From: Candidatus Nealsonbacteria bacterium
GTDB taxonomy: Bacteria; Patescibacteriota; Minisyncoccia; Minisyncoccales; GWA2-38-27
Reading direction: 5' to 3'
Length of the DNA stretch: 58,096 bases
NCBI GenBank assembly: GCA_030617105.1
Contig: JAUWWC010000002.1
Coordinates: forward strand, 1 to 58,096
In this document: in pieces, positions 43,697 to 52,802 of the stretch
How positions within the stretch are numbered: position 1 is the first letter of the stretch
Layout: every line of letters begins with the position of its first letter
Notes under the pieces: generated by a model
Database searches by the model: none
What the model was told of the DNA's origin: nothing
The model's input: the letters and a program-made list of their open reading frames with translations, nothing else
Made by a program: the position numbers and the translations under genes

Positions 43697-44929
43697 TTAA
43701 TAAGGCTTTGCACCAATGATTATAAGTCTTGTGGCTGCGGCTACAGCGCATTTTGTATAGATCCAATAACCGCTGCCATATGAAGGAGTAATGTATTTTT
43801 TGCAATCTTCCTCATTTGTTATATTTTTATTATCAAGTAAATTATTATCAACTCCGCTGAAAAAAGTATCACTTCTTCCATCACTAGTAAGAAGAATAGC
43901 TAAAAGATCGCCTTCAATTTTAATTGATTCTGGCGACCAAAGCAGTGGCTTATCTTCGCACCACCACTTATTATCTCCGCATGGCGGTTTGTTGAGCCAA
44001 TAAGGCTCAGAATCTAAAGCCACCCCCTTATTTAAATTAGGTTTTTGATATAAAGTTACTTTCCAATTAGGGTCTAACTCATAAAGTAGTTGAAAGGGCT
44101 TGATTGAGGAAAGACCAAAGCCTATTCCCACCAATACCTCTCTTTCATATGGTCTCCATCCGCCACCAGGATCTTTAAGATGAGAAACTACAGGATAGGA
44201 CTTACCTTCAAAATTTCTATCTTCATAAACAATTACCCCATATTCGGTTTCATATTCCCAATCTCCATCAGTCCATATATGTGGAATGAAATAGATAAAC
44301 TTAACCTTGTTGTCAAAATCTCCTCTAATATCTTCTGCGCTTGAAACTGTATAACATTGATCTGTAATTTCTTCAAATATTGTATCCAACTCTTTTTTTA
44401 TTCTTCTTTGTTCGTCTATTCTTTTTTGCTCATCTTTTATTGAATCTGTTTTTTTGAAGTCTTCAGTAAGGTCCCAAGCTTTCATTACAAGCATTTCTTC
44501 TTTACAAAGAAGAACTCCAGCAGGTAATTCAGAAATAATTGGCTTTAATCGTGGGAGGTGGAAGACGATTAGGTCTGGGTTGATGGTTATTAGAATTAGA
44601 TAAGAGCCAAAAAGGATTAAAAGGCCTAAGAGAGCAGCGCCAATCCTGCTTTTAGCATCATTTATTCTTTCAGGGCTTCCAGCTGATGTAAAATATTGAA
44701 ACCCAGCATAAATTAAAACAACAAGGGCAATCAGTCCGCTTATCCAGATTAAGAAATTAAAAATATATTTAAAATATTCAGTAACTGGAGTAGTGGCTTG
44801 TTCTGGTTTAAATCCTTCAATTTCCGGGTATTCAACTTCTAAGTCTCTACCTGTTCGTTGCGCAAAAGCAAAACCAACTAAGCCAAAAAGCATAATAAAG
44901 ATAATAACAATGCTAAAGAATTTTTTCAT
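43697..44929 (-). CDS. T4SS-pilin-like hairpin fused to a C-terminal beta-rich domain (possible beta/gamma-crystallin-like repeats)
   Basis: Signal peptide, then hairpin IALVVLIYAGFQYFTSAGSPERINDAKSRIGAALLGLLILFGSYLILITINPDL. C-terminal segments such as YGVIVYEDRNFEGKSYPV resemble Greek-key motifs (tentative). Confidence 0.6.
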   Translation of the reverse strand: MKKFFSIVIIFIMLFGLVGFAFAQRTGRDLEVEYPEIEGFKPEQATTPVTEYFKYIFNFLIWISGLIALVVLIYAGFQYFTSAGSPERINDAKSRIGAALLGLLILFGSYLILITINPDLIVFHLPRLKPIISELPAGVLLCKEEMLVMKAWDLTEDFKKTDSIKDEQKRIDEQRRIKKELDTIFEEITDQCYTVSSAEDIRGDFDNKVKFIYFIPHIWTDGDWEYETEYGVIVYEDRNFEGKSYPVVSHLKDPGGGWRPYEREVLVGIGFGLSSIKPFQLLYELDPNWKVTLYQKPNLNKGVALDSEPYWLNKPPCGDNKWWCEDKPLLWSPESIKIEGDLLAILLTSDGRSDTFFSGVDNNLLDNKNITNEEDCKKYITPSYGSGYWIYTKCAVAAATRLIIIGAKPY

Positions 44930-46005
44930 ATAGTAATTGTTTTATGTTCAATTATTTCTTCTATAATATTAAGTATTTCATCAGACTTATTAATGATTTG
45001 GGGATTTAGACCCTGGATTAGTAGAAGCTTGCCTTGAATTTCCCCAACAGGGCAAGGGTTGCCCCCATCGCAATTTACTGGCTCACATCCTTCTTTTATA
45101 TCATGGCACCCTCCTTTACAATGAGCATTACATCTATTGTTTACTCCAAAAACATCATCATATAAGCATTTATCTGGAAGCGTGCCTATTTCTGACATAA
45201 AGGGCTCTATCTCCTTGATTTTATCAACTAATTCTTTAAGCTTTGCTGCCAAATCTTTCTTTAGGTTCTTTTCTATGGTTATTTTTTCTTTTTGTTCTTT
45301 TAGATATTCTATAATTTTTTCATCGTCTTCTATTATTATGTTTTTTTGATAATAAACTATTTTTTCATCTAAAACCTTTTTTATCTCATCCTGTAAATCT
45401 TGTTCTTCAGCAATAGCTCTATTTCTATAATAAAGGATTTCGTCTTTCCAGGCAATAACTCTTTTCTGGTTTTCCTTAATTTCTGATTGATTTGGGCAGG
45501 GCTGGAATCCAGGCCCAGCATAACATTGACGGGGCTGGCAGGAATTACTTTCCTCGCCTCCATCGCAAAAGCATAAGGGCTGGGTATTGCTGCAGTCGCA
45601 GTTGTCAGTTAGGTCTTTTATTTTCTGGCTTGAAAGTTCAATTCCAGGAATTATATATTTTTTAAGTTGTTCAGCGATTTCTTCAACTTTGCCTAAGAGT
45701 TTTGGAGTTTTAGTTTCAAGAGGAGGTATGTCTAAAGGAGAAAAAATGATTTTTTCCAGCCCAGGCATTTCAAAACTAACTAATTCAGGATTAATAGTTC
45801 TTAGAATTAAATAAGAAGAAAGAAGAATAACAATTCCCAAAAAAGCAGCTAATATTTGCTTTCTGGCTTTGCTTAATTTTTCCGGATCTCCAGCTGAAGT
45901 TAAATAAAGAACCCCTCCTATAATTAAACCCACTAAAGCAATTACTCCAGCAATAGAGATGATGTATGTATAAAGATTTTGAAAAGCGTCAGTAAGAGAA
46001 GGCAT
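44926..46005 (-). CDS. T4SS-pilin-like hairpin fused to two Cys-rich modules flanking a coiled coil
   Basis: Hairpin IALVGLIIGGVLYLTSAGDPEKLSKARKQILAAFLGIVILLSSYLILRTINPEL. Cys-rich modules CDCSNTQPLCFCDGGEESNSCQPRQCYAGPGFQPCP and CLYDD..NNRCNAHCKGGCHDIKEGCEPVNCDGGNPCP. Confidence 0.65.
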   Translation of the reverse strand: MPSLTDAFQNLYTYIISIAGVIALVGLIIGGVLYLTSAGDPEKLSKARKQILAAFLGIVILLSSYLILRTINPELVSFEMPGLEKIIFSPLDIPPLETKTPKLLGKVEEIAEQLKKYIIPGIELSSQKIKDLTDNCDCSNTQPLCFCDGGEESNSCQPRQCYAGPGFQPCPNQSEIKENQKRVIAWKDEILYYRNRAIAEEQDLQDEIKKVLDEKIVYYQKNIIIEDDEKIIEYLKEQKEKITIEKNLKKDLAAKLKELVDKIKEIEPFMSEIGTLPDKCLYDDVFGVNNRCNAHCKGGCHDIKEGCEPVNCDGGNPCPVGEIQGKLLLIQGLNPQIINKSDEILNIIEEIIEHKTITI

Positions 46006-46010
46006 ATTTA

Positions 46011-47903
46011 TTATTTAATTTCGCAGACATAGAAATTAAGTTCATGAATACATTGGGCAATTTCTGGGTCGTTTAACATTATACTTAGTCCGTCCAAGCA
46101 TTCTTGGACGCATTCTCTGTGTTTTTCCTGGCCTTTTTCTAAATAGCATTCTCCAAAGCAGTCGCCATAAATCGTGTCTTCTGTTTTACAGCAGATTCGC
46201 AAGATTGCATTGTTTGGAGGGATAATTGCTCCTTTTGCTTGTAAACAGTTAAATATTTCATCATAATGTCTCATTGTGTATCTAACACTCTTTGCCAAAT
46301 CTTTAATTATCTCAGGACCTATTTCATCAATTATAGGTATTATGCCAATGTTTGTTGGAGTATCATTGCTGCCTTTTCCTTCTATTACATCTCTTATTTC
46401 TTGCCAAATTCTTTGGATTTCTTTAAGTTGGTCTTTGATTTTCCCTTTTGGACAGACCCCGTCTAATTCAGGTTTAACAAAACATCCTATTTCTACACAC
46501 CAGCAACCAGCCTTAGAGCAAAAGCATTCGCACACTGGATAACATCTCCTGGAACTGCACTGGCTGACTAAAACCTGTAATTTATCAACAGCATCAATTA
46601 ATTCTTTATCTTTTTCAACAAGCAGTTCTAATTTATCTATTAAGAGCTGGGTTGTTCTTTTTGTTCTGTCAATGATTTCTCCTACTGGAGCTTCGTTTGA
46701 ACAAGCCATTGATTCAGAAAATACTTCTTCTGCTTCTTCTACTGACTCTTCTCCAGTAAGTTTGTCTTCATCAGGCGCAGCTGAAAAAACTTCTTCCTGT
46801 TCCATTGTTCCGCTTACAGAGCAGTAAAAAGTTGCAAAATCAGGCAAAAATTCTTTAGTTGGTTGAAAATACCAGTTGCCATATTGATTTTTTGTATATT
46901 CGCCTGTGTAATAATAAAGATTTACATCGTCCCAGAATTTAGTTTCTCTTATCGTCCAGTCCTGATTATCATAAGAATCTTTTTTGTTATAAAACTGAAC
47001 TAAACTTTTTAAAGACCTTAAAGGACATTCTTTTATAAATTTTTCTGCTCTTTTAAGCCGGTCTAATTCTTCTTTTAAAAGACGAACCTCTTGTTCTATC
47101 TCTGTGTTTTTTATATTAAGATTGTTAATTTCTGTCTGATTTTCCGCTTCTCTGTCTTGGATTCCTTTTCTAACCGGGGCACAAGGATCAGAAGTGCAAT
47201 ATCTAGGCGGGCAGTCATTACATCCGCCATGCCAACAGCAAGGGTCAGGATGAGTACCTCCGTTTTTAGAACAGGTGGATCTGGGATAAAAACATCTACA
47301 ATTATCTGAATAGTTCTTTAGAGCTTCGCTTTGTTGTTTAAGTTTATCAGCAATTCCTGTTTCATCTTCAGCAGCTATTGCCGTAACATAATTCCTAATT
47401 CTTTCCATTCTTGGCGTTTTTTTCTCTTCGGGTTTTGGATAATCAGAAATATATGCTTCAAAAATCTTTTCAATTATTCTTGCAAAAGGCATTTCAACAT
47501 CAATTGAGCTGTTAATAGCAGTAATTTCAGGCAGGGGCACTTCTGGTTTTACAGTGATTTGAACTTGTTGAAGGGTCGGGATTTTTAGATTAATAAACTG
47601 GGGACTAAGGGTTTTTAAAATGAGATAAGAAGATAATAAAATCAAGAGGCCGAAAAAAGCGCCAGAGATTTGGTTTTTAGCCAAAGTCATTCGGTCTGGT
47701 TTGCCAGTTGAGATTAGATAGAGAATTCCGCCGTAAATTAATCCTGCTAAAGCAAGAATTCCTCCTGCCCAGATGGATAAATTAATAAGATATTTAGCAT
47801 AAAGGGAAAGAATATCTTCTACAGGAGCAGTTGTGACAAAATCCTGAGGCGGAATAGCTCCAGGAACTCTGGGATAAATTATTTCTAAAATAAAAAAAAG
47901 CAT
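46011..47903 (-). CDS. T4SS-pilin-like hairpin fused to a large multi-module Cys-rich extracellular region
   Basis: Hairpin LALAGLIYGGILYLISTGKPDRMTLAKNQISGAFFGLLILLSSYLILKTLSPQF. Cys-rich modules CRCFYPRSTCSKNGGTHPDPCCWHGGCNDCPPRYCTSDPCAP, CSSRRCYPVCECFCSKAGCWCVEIGCF, and CCKTEDTIYGDCFGECY..HRECVQEC. Confidence 0.65.
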   Translation of the reverse strand: MLFFILEIIYPRVPGAIPPQDFVTTAPVEDILSLYAKYLINLSIWAGGILALAGLIYGGILYLISTGKPDRMTLAKNQISGAFFGLLILLSSYLILKTLSPQFINLKIPTLQQVQITVKPEVPLPEITAINSSIDVEMPFARIIEKIFEAYISDYPKPEEKKTPRMERIRNYVTAIAAEDETGIADKLKQQSEALKNYSDNCRCFYPRSTCSKNGGTHPDPCCWHGGCNDCPPRYCTSDPCAPVRKGIQDREAENQTEINNLNIKNTEIEQEVRLLKEELDRLKRAEKFIKECPLRSLKSLVQFYNKKDSYDNQDWTIRETKFWDDVNLYYYTGEYTKNQYGNWYFQPTKEFLPDFATFYCSVSGTMEQEEVFSAAPDEDKLTGEESVEEAEEVFSESMACSNEAPVGEIIDRTKRTTQLLIDKLELLVEKDKELIDAVDKLQVLVSQCSSRRCYPVCECFCSKAGCWCVEIGCFVKPELDGVCPKGKIKDQLKEIQRIWQEIRDVIEGKGSNDTPTNIGIIPIIDEIGPEIIKDLAKSVRYTMRHYDEIFNCLQAKGAIIPPNNAILRICCKTEDTIYGDCFGECYLEKGQEKHRECVQECLDGLSIMLNDPEIAQCIHELNFYVCEIK

Positions 47904-47904
47904 A

Positions 47905-48249
47905 TTATACTAACATCCTTATAACCCAGGTAGGGATAAAATCAATCCCTATCGTTAGGAGACCTATAATACGTTCAGCAAAAAAAGGAATAACGCATGA
48001 TTTTAGAGAAACGTGAGCAAGTTTGACTAATAGAATAATAAAAACTATTTCGAAGGGGATTTCCCATATTTGGTCTACAATTGGCACTGGAATTAGATCA
48101 AGAAGTTCCATAAAACCAGCGAAAGAGATCAAAACTAATCCCGTTGGCGACAAAAGAACATCAGTAGGGATTTTCTGAAACCAACCGCCTTTCTTTTTCG
48201 GAACAGGAACTTTTTGTGGAGTTTCTTCTTTTGGTGCTTCTTCCGGCAT
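47905..48249 (-). CDS. Small membrane protein of the T4SS-like operon
   Basis: 114 aa with 3 hydrophobic helices. 1-nt gap to the next gene. Confidence 0.5.
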   Translation of the reverse strand: MPEEAPKEETPQKVPVPKKKGGWFQKIPTDVLLSPTGLVLISFAGFMELLDLIPVPIVDQIWEIPFEIVFIILLVKLAHVSLKSCVIPFFAERIIGLLTIGIDFIPTWVIRMLV

Positions 48250-48253
48250 TTTA

Positions 48254-49195
48254 TTAAGGTTGCTCTGGGAAAGAGAAAAAGTTAAAATCTTTTACTCCAA
48301 AAATATCCTCAAACAGTTTAAACTGCTGAGGAGGTTTGATTTCCAGAGGCATGTTAAATTCAGACAGATAAATTTCAACTTTTATAGCCGTTGTCTCGTC
48401 AGATTCTTGAACATAAACTTCGCTTTCCATGTTCACTTTATAAATCAACTTATCTTCTTTGCCTATCCAAACTTCAGCCCTTATCTCTTCAAATCCTTCA
48501 AGGCATTCAGCGTCAATAGGTAAAAGTTTGGATATTTCTGGGACTAACTTCTTTAATTCTTCTTTTTCTATATCAAAAAGATAGTGATAAGTTTCTTTTT
48601 CATTGATTTTTTCATCTGGCAGTATTTTTTTAAAACGGAAAAAGCTTTCATTTGCGAGCATTTTTTTTATCACTTCTAATTCTGATTCAGCAGAAAGCCT
48701 GCCAAATAGATCTTTAAAACTCTCTTTTTCAAGCTTAATCCAGTGGTTTTTTATTTCCTCCAGATCAAAAGCAAAAAAGTCCAAAAATTGAGAAGACGGC
48801 AAGGAGGTTAGTTTAAACCAAGAGTTTTCGCCAATGATTATTTTTTCCCATTCAAATAAAAACTCACCTCTATCAAAATCAGCGCTATTCTTTGTTTTTC
48901 CTCTCCATTTCAGCACCTCCTTATTAGTAATATCTAAATCCCCGTTTACACTCATAGAGCTCTTAGTAATGTTTTGTCCTGTTCGTATTATTTCTTTTCC
49001 AAAAAAAATATCAAAATGAAGAGTTTTGAGTTCGGCAAAAAGGAGCGAGGACTCTTTTAAAACTTCTTTAGGAGAAGGACGAAAAGGGCTCCAAAAAGGA
49101 TCCCAAATTAGAATGCTGACAACAGCTGCTGTCCCAATCGCTATTACAATGGCTATTCCAGTAGCAATTTTTATAACAAGTCCTGGCTTTTTCAT
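48254..49195 (-). CDS. N-terminally membrane-anchored protein of the T4SS-like operon, unknown function
   Basis: A single TM helix (IATGIAIVIAIGTAAVVSILIW), then a ~280-aa soluble domain. Confidence 0.5.
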   Translation of the reverse strand: MKKPGLVIKIATGIAIVIAIGTAAVVSILIWDPFWSPFRPSPKEVLKESSLLFAELKTLHFDIFFGKEIIRTGQNITKSSMSVNGDLDITNKEVLKWRGKTKNSADFDRGEFLFEWEKIIIGENSWFKLTSLPSSQFLDFFAFDLEEIKNHWIKLEKESFKDLFGRLSAESELEVIKKMLANESFFRFKKILPDEKINEKETYHYLFDIEKEELKKLVPEISKLLPIDAECLEGFEEIRAEVWIGKEDKLIYKVNMESEVYVQESDETTAIKVEIYLSEFNMPLEIKPPQQFKLFEDIFGVKDFNFFSFPEQP

Positions 49196-49202
49196 TTTAT
49201 TT

Positions 49203-51020
49203 TCACAATTGTTTTTTAGCCTCTTTTATTTTTTGGAGTTGTTCTGGGGATGTTGTAATAATTTGGTCTTCAGTGTATGAAGCAAGGACTTTGATTAGGA
49301 CATGTTTTGTTCCAGCAAAGAATATGCCTTCGCCTACTGGTGATTCTAACAAAAGCATTTTCTCTTCTTCAGTAAGATTAAATGTTTTCTTGACTACATC
49401 AATAGTAGCTGGGCTTTGTTTCATTAAAAGAGCTAAAGAAGAGTTAGTGAGAATTGGTTTGCCATAATCTGATTTCATAAAATCATTAACATCCTGGGTA
49501 ACAGTAGTTACCCCAAGCCAGTATTTCCTTGCTCTTTTCACTGTTCCAAACAAGAAAGAAGCTCCATCTTCAGTTTTCATTAGCCACCAGGCCTCATCAA
49601 TTATTAGGAGACGCTTTTTCATTTCAGAGGTTATTGTTTTCCAGATATATCTTAAAATCATGAAAAGAGCCATAGGCCTTAATTCGTCTTCCATGTCACG
49701 AATGCCAAATACAACCAATCTGTTTTTCATATCTACATTAGAGGGCTGGTTAAAGAATTTAGCGTAAACCCCTTTGGTGAATCTTCTGATTCTTCTAACT
49801 AATGATTCTGCTCCTTCCATTGTTGAAAGAACTGATTCAAGGTCGCTCATTAAAGGAAAAGGAAGTTCCTTGCCCCATTTTTTTGCATCGCTCTCTGGGG
49901 TAATGTCTTTTGCTGCATAGGTTTCAGTTAAAGCTCTGTCCATAATTGCATCTTCTTCCGGGGTTAATCCTCCTTTTTTAGGGCCTAAGCCTCCAAGCAT
50001 CACTCTCATTAAACCAACTAAGTTAATAATATTACTTCTTAAAACATCTTCTGCTTTTTCATCTTCTCTAGGCGGAGGTAGATCAAAAGGATTAATATGA
50101 TGGTCAGAAGCTAAGGAAATATTAAAAAAAGAACCTGCAACAGCATTTGCTAAGAATTTGTACTCATTTTCCGGGTCTATTATTATTCCGTTCACGCCCA
50201 ACATTAAGTATCTTAAAATTTCAAGCTTAATTGCATAAGATTTCCCGGCGCCGGAAGTAGCGAATATTACCTCGTTGGCATTAGCCAAACTAAAGCGGTC
50301 AAATAAGACCAAGGAATTATTGTGTTTATTAATGCCGTAAAGGATTCCTTCATTTGAGCTTAAATCAAAAGAAATAAATGGGAATGTGCTTGATAAAGGA
50401 GCAGTGTTCATTAAAGTAGTAACCATTAACTGGTCTAAATTATATGGAGAAGTGCAGATAAATCCTTCTTTTTGCTGGTAAAGAGCAGGCTTTATATATA
50501 TTAAGCGCGATTCCAGAACTGACCTTAAATTTGTCTCAATATCTCTTAATCCTTTTTCATTATTAGCATAAACAGTAAGGTATAAGCTGAAGCGGAACAT
50601 TCTTTCCTGGGCTGTTTGGAGTTTATCTCTTAGATCTTCCAAATCCTGATAAGCAGTTTCCAGAGCAGGGTCACGGATTAATCCTTTTTCTTCTCTTTCA
50701 GCAATTTCTGCTTGAACCTCAGTAACTTTCTTCCTTAGTTTTTTTAAGATGCTTTCACTAGAAATAGGATGCAAGTAAAAAGAAATATCCATTGGAACAT
50801 TCAAGTTTATTATCGGAGAAAGCCAGCCAGTGCTTAGATATCTTGGATAAGAGAAAATAAAGTAGCTTTTAGCAAACCGCTCTCCTAATTTTAGATAATT
50901 CTGTTTAACTTCAAGGGAAGAAGGAGCAACAATATCAGCAATACCCATAGGTTCTTGGGCAAAAAGTTCTTCTGGAATTTCCTGCTTCTTTTTGAATTTT
51001 TTAAGAAATGGTATTTTCAT
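49203..51020 (-). CDS. VirB4/TrbE/TraE-type T4SS ATPase, middle + ATPase domains
   Basis: Walker A ATSGAGKSYAIK and Walker B LLIIDEAWWL. The region upstream of the P-loop (YFIFSYPRYLSTGWLSPII..PMDISFYLHP) is typical of VirB4-like proteins. Confidence 0.8.
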   Translation of the reverse strand: MKIPFLKKFKKKQEIPEELFAQEPMGIADIVAPSSLEVKQNYLKLGERFAKSYFIFSYPRYLSTGWLSPIINLNVPMDISFYLHPISSESILKKLRKKVTEVQAEIAEREEKGLIRDPALETAYQDLEDLRDKLQTAQERMFRFSLYLTVYANNEKGLRDIETNLRSVLESRLIYIKPALYQQKEGFICTSPYNLDQLMVTTLMNTAPLSSTFPFISFDLSSNEGILYGINKHNNSLVLFDRFSLANANEVIFATSGAGKSYAIKLEILRYLMLGVNGIIIDPENEYKFLANAVAGSFFNISLASDHHINPFDLPPPREDEKAEDVLRSNIINLVGLMRVMLGGLGPKKGGLTPEEDAIMDRALTETYAAKDITPESDAKKWGKELPFPLMSDLESVLSTMEGAESLVRRIRRFTKGVYAKFFNQPSNVDMKNRLVVFGIRDMEDELRPMALFMILRYIWKTITSEMKKRLLIIDEAWWLMKTEDGASFLFGTVKRARKYWLGVTTVTQDVNDFMKSDYGKPILTNSSLALLMKQSPATIDVVKKTFNLTEEEKMLLLESPVGEGIFFAGTKHVLIKVLASYTEDQIITTSPEQLQKIKEAKKQL

Positions 51021-51021
51021 A

Positions 51022-51651
51022 TTACTCTACCAATTCACTTGGTATTTCTGGGTAATAGCCTTGTTCTGCTTGTTCTGGGTGATGCAATCCCCAGAAAAGT
51101 TCAGTAATCTCTAAATTGGTCAAAGGGACAGATTGAAGCCCGGATCCTCTTAACCCTAAAACCACAAACTCTACTCTCTGCATAAGTTGGATTTTGCATC
51201 TTTGGAACATTTCTTCAGTTAAGCTCGGGATTTTAGGAAACTTCCTTTTTTCTCTGGTTACTGAAGCTTCCATAATGGAAAAAGGAACTATTACATAAAA
51301 AGTTTTTTGCATAATTGACCCCCCTTTTGTTATTTGCTCAATAAATTTCCTGTAATCAGTAATCTGGATTTTAAGCAGTTCATTTTCTTCTTTTTTCTCA
51401 ATCTCTGTTAGTTTTTCTAAATAGCCAGTAATATTAAGACGTCTTGATTGAACAAGGATTTGGCAGGAGAAATCCAGGGAATTTAAGAAATTCTGGAATT
51501 GGTATAAAATGGCATTTTGCTCTTCAGTGGATTTTAAAGCAAAATTTAAAGAAGAGACCATTAGCACTGCTCTTAGGCCTTTGTTTTTTAAAATAATAAT
51601 CCCATCTCTTATTTGGTCAAATTCTAAAAAATCTTGAGTAGAAAGCTTCAT
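51022..51651 (-). CDS. VirB4-like N-terminal domain encoded as a separate ORF
   Basis: STQDFLEFDQIRDGIIILKNKGLRAVLMVSSLNFALKSTEEQNAILYQFQNFLNSLDFSCQILVQS matches the N-terminal pattern I recall from Gram-positive VirB4 homologs (e.g. Tn916 Orf16, PrgJ). Its stop lies 1 nt before the ATG of the ATPase ORF. Confidence 0.55.
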   Translation of the reverse strand: MKLSTQDFLEFDQIRDGIIILKNKGLRAVLMVSSLNFALKSTEEQNAILYQFQNFLNSLDFSCQILVQSRRLNITGYLEKLTEIEKKEENELLKIQITDYRKFIEQITKGGSIMQKTFYVIVPFSIMEASVTREKRKFPKIPSLTEEMFQRCKIQLMQRVEFVVLGLRGSGLQSVPLTNLEITELFWGLHHPEQAEQGYYPEIPSELVE

Positions 51652-51652
51652 A

Positions 51653-52054
51653 TCACTTTGTTTCTAATTTTGTGAATAATTCATCTAATTTACTGCCTTT
51701 GGTGACTTTTAGTTCTGATTCTTTCTCAATTTCTTCTTTTTCTTCTTTTACTTTTCTGAGAAATTTTGGAGGACTGGTTTTCTTTTTCCAGAGATAAATC
51801 TTTGGTTTAAAAAGAAAACTAAAGAAGTTTTTTATAAAAATGGGTAGAGAGGTTTTTCCAATCTTTAGAAAAGCCAAACCAAAAGCTCCTCCTAATAAAA
51901 CTATTGCTGCGATTATGAAGAGATAAAGGGGGACAGTGAAAAAAAGAAAAAGGCAAATCCCACCGGCAATGCCTATAAAGATAAACTGTTTAAAGGTAAA
52001 GGGACCAACTATTTTTGCCTCTTTCTCAATAAATTGTGGAACAGTAAATTTCAT
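51653..52054 (-). CDS. PrgI/VirB3-like small membrane protein
   Basis: MKFTVPQFIEKEAKIVGPFTFKQFIFIGIAGG, then two TM helices and a basic tail. This is the typical PrgI-family layout, and it precedes the VirB4 genes. Confidence 0.6.
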   Translation of the reverse strand: MKFTVPQFIEKEAKIVGPFTFKQFIFIGIAGGICLFLFFTVPLYLFIIAAIVLLGGAFGLAFLKIGKTSLPIFIKNFFSFLFKPKIYLWKKKTSPPKFLRKVKEEKEEIEKESELKVTKGSKLDELFTKLETK

Positions 52055-52056
52055 AT

Positions 52057-52452
52057 TTATTCTATTATTTCTCTATATCTATCTTTCTTTTTAACTTGTT
52101 CTTGTTTAGCTTTTTTAGCTTTGAGCTGGGTTTGGTAAAGCGCTTCTAAGCTTTTTTTGAGCGGCAGAAAGACAAATCTTGTTATTTCAGAACTTATTTG
52201 CTTAGCTTTTTTCTTTTCTATTTTTAATTCTTTTTCTAAAATATCTGAAAATTCATTTGGCGGTAAAAGTCCTAAAAAGACATAGCCAATGTTTTTAGTA
52301 ATATCAAAAATTACATCATCGTCAGTGATGCCATTATCTTTACAAACCTCCTGGATATTAGCAGCAACTTCTTCAGAAAAAGTAGCTTTCTGAAGGTTTT
52401 TAGGAAGTTCTTTATATAATTCCCAGAGCTGTTCTTTTGGATAATCCGGCAT
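52057..52452 (-). CDS. Hypothetical soluble protein, first gene of the T4SS-like operon
   Basis: I start at the internal ATG at 52452 (MPDYPKEQLWELYK...). The track's upstream 69 codons overlap a convincing plus-strand lipoprotein gene and contain the promoter. Confidence 0.5.
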   Translation of the reverse strand: MPDYPKEQLWELYKELPKNLQKATFSEEVAANIQEVCKDNGITDDDVIFDITKNIGYVFLGLLPPNEFSDILEKELKIEKKKAKQISSEITRFVFLPLKKSLEALYQTQLKAKKAKQEQVKKKDRYREIIE

Positions 52453-52576
52453 TAGTTTATTGTAGCATAAACAAAAAAAGCAACCCAGTGGAAAAAGAGG
52501 TTGACTAAATGAATTATATTTTCTAAAATTAATTATTGAACTTTGAGAACTAAATAATTTCAGAAAGGTTGAGAAA

Positions 52577-52762
52577 ATGAAAACGAAAAAAGAAATAATT
52601 GCTTTAATAATTCTGACGCTTTTAATAATTCTTTTTCTGCCAGGTTGCTCAGGGAGCAATCTTTATGTCCCTCCATATTCTGCAGCAGAAGTTGAGCGTC
52701 AGAGGCTTGAGGCTGAACAAGGACATCCAACAGGAATACGGATAGCAACAGGAAGATTTTAA
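52577..52762 (+). CDS. Small lipoprotein (61 aa)
   Basis: Signal peptide with lipobox LLIILFLPG|C, SD-like AAAGGTTGAG upstream, and a terminator directly downstream. Confidence 0.55.
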   Translation: MKTKKEIIALIILTLLIILFLPGCSGSNLYVPPYSAAEVERQRLEAEQGHPTGIRIATGRF

Positions 52763-52772
52763 CAATAAAAAA

Positions 52773-52802
52773 AGAGCGTTAGGAAGACGCTCTTATTTTT
52801 TT
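52773..52802. terminator. Bidirectional intrinsic terminator
   Basis: AAAAAA-AGAGCGT-taggaag-ACGCTCT-TATTTTTTT. It abuts the PBP1A stop. Confidence 0.8.
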
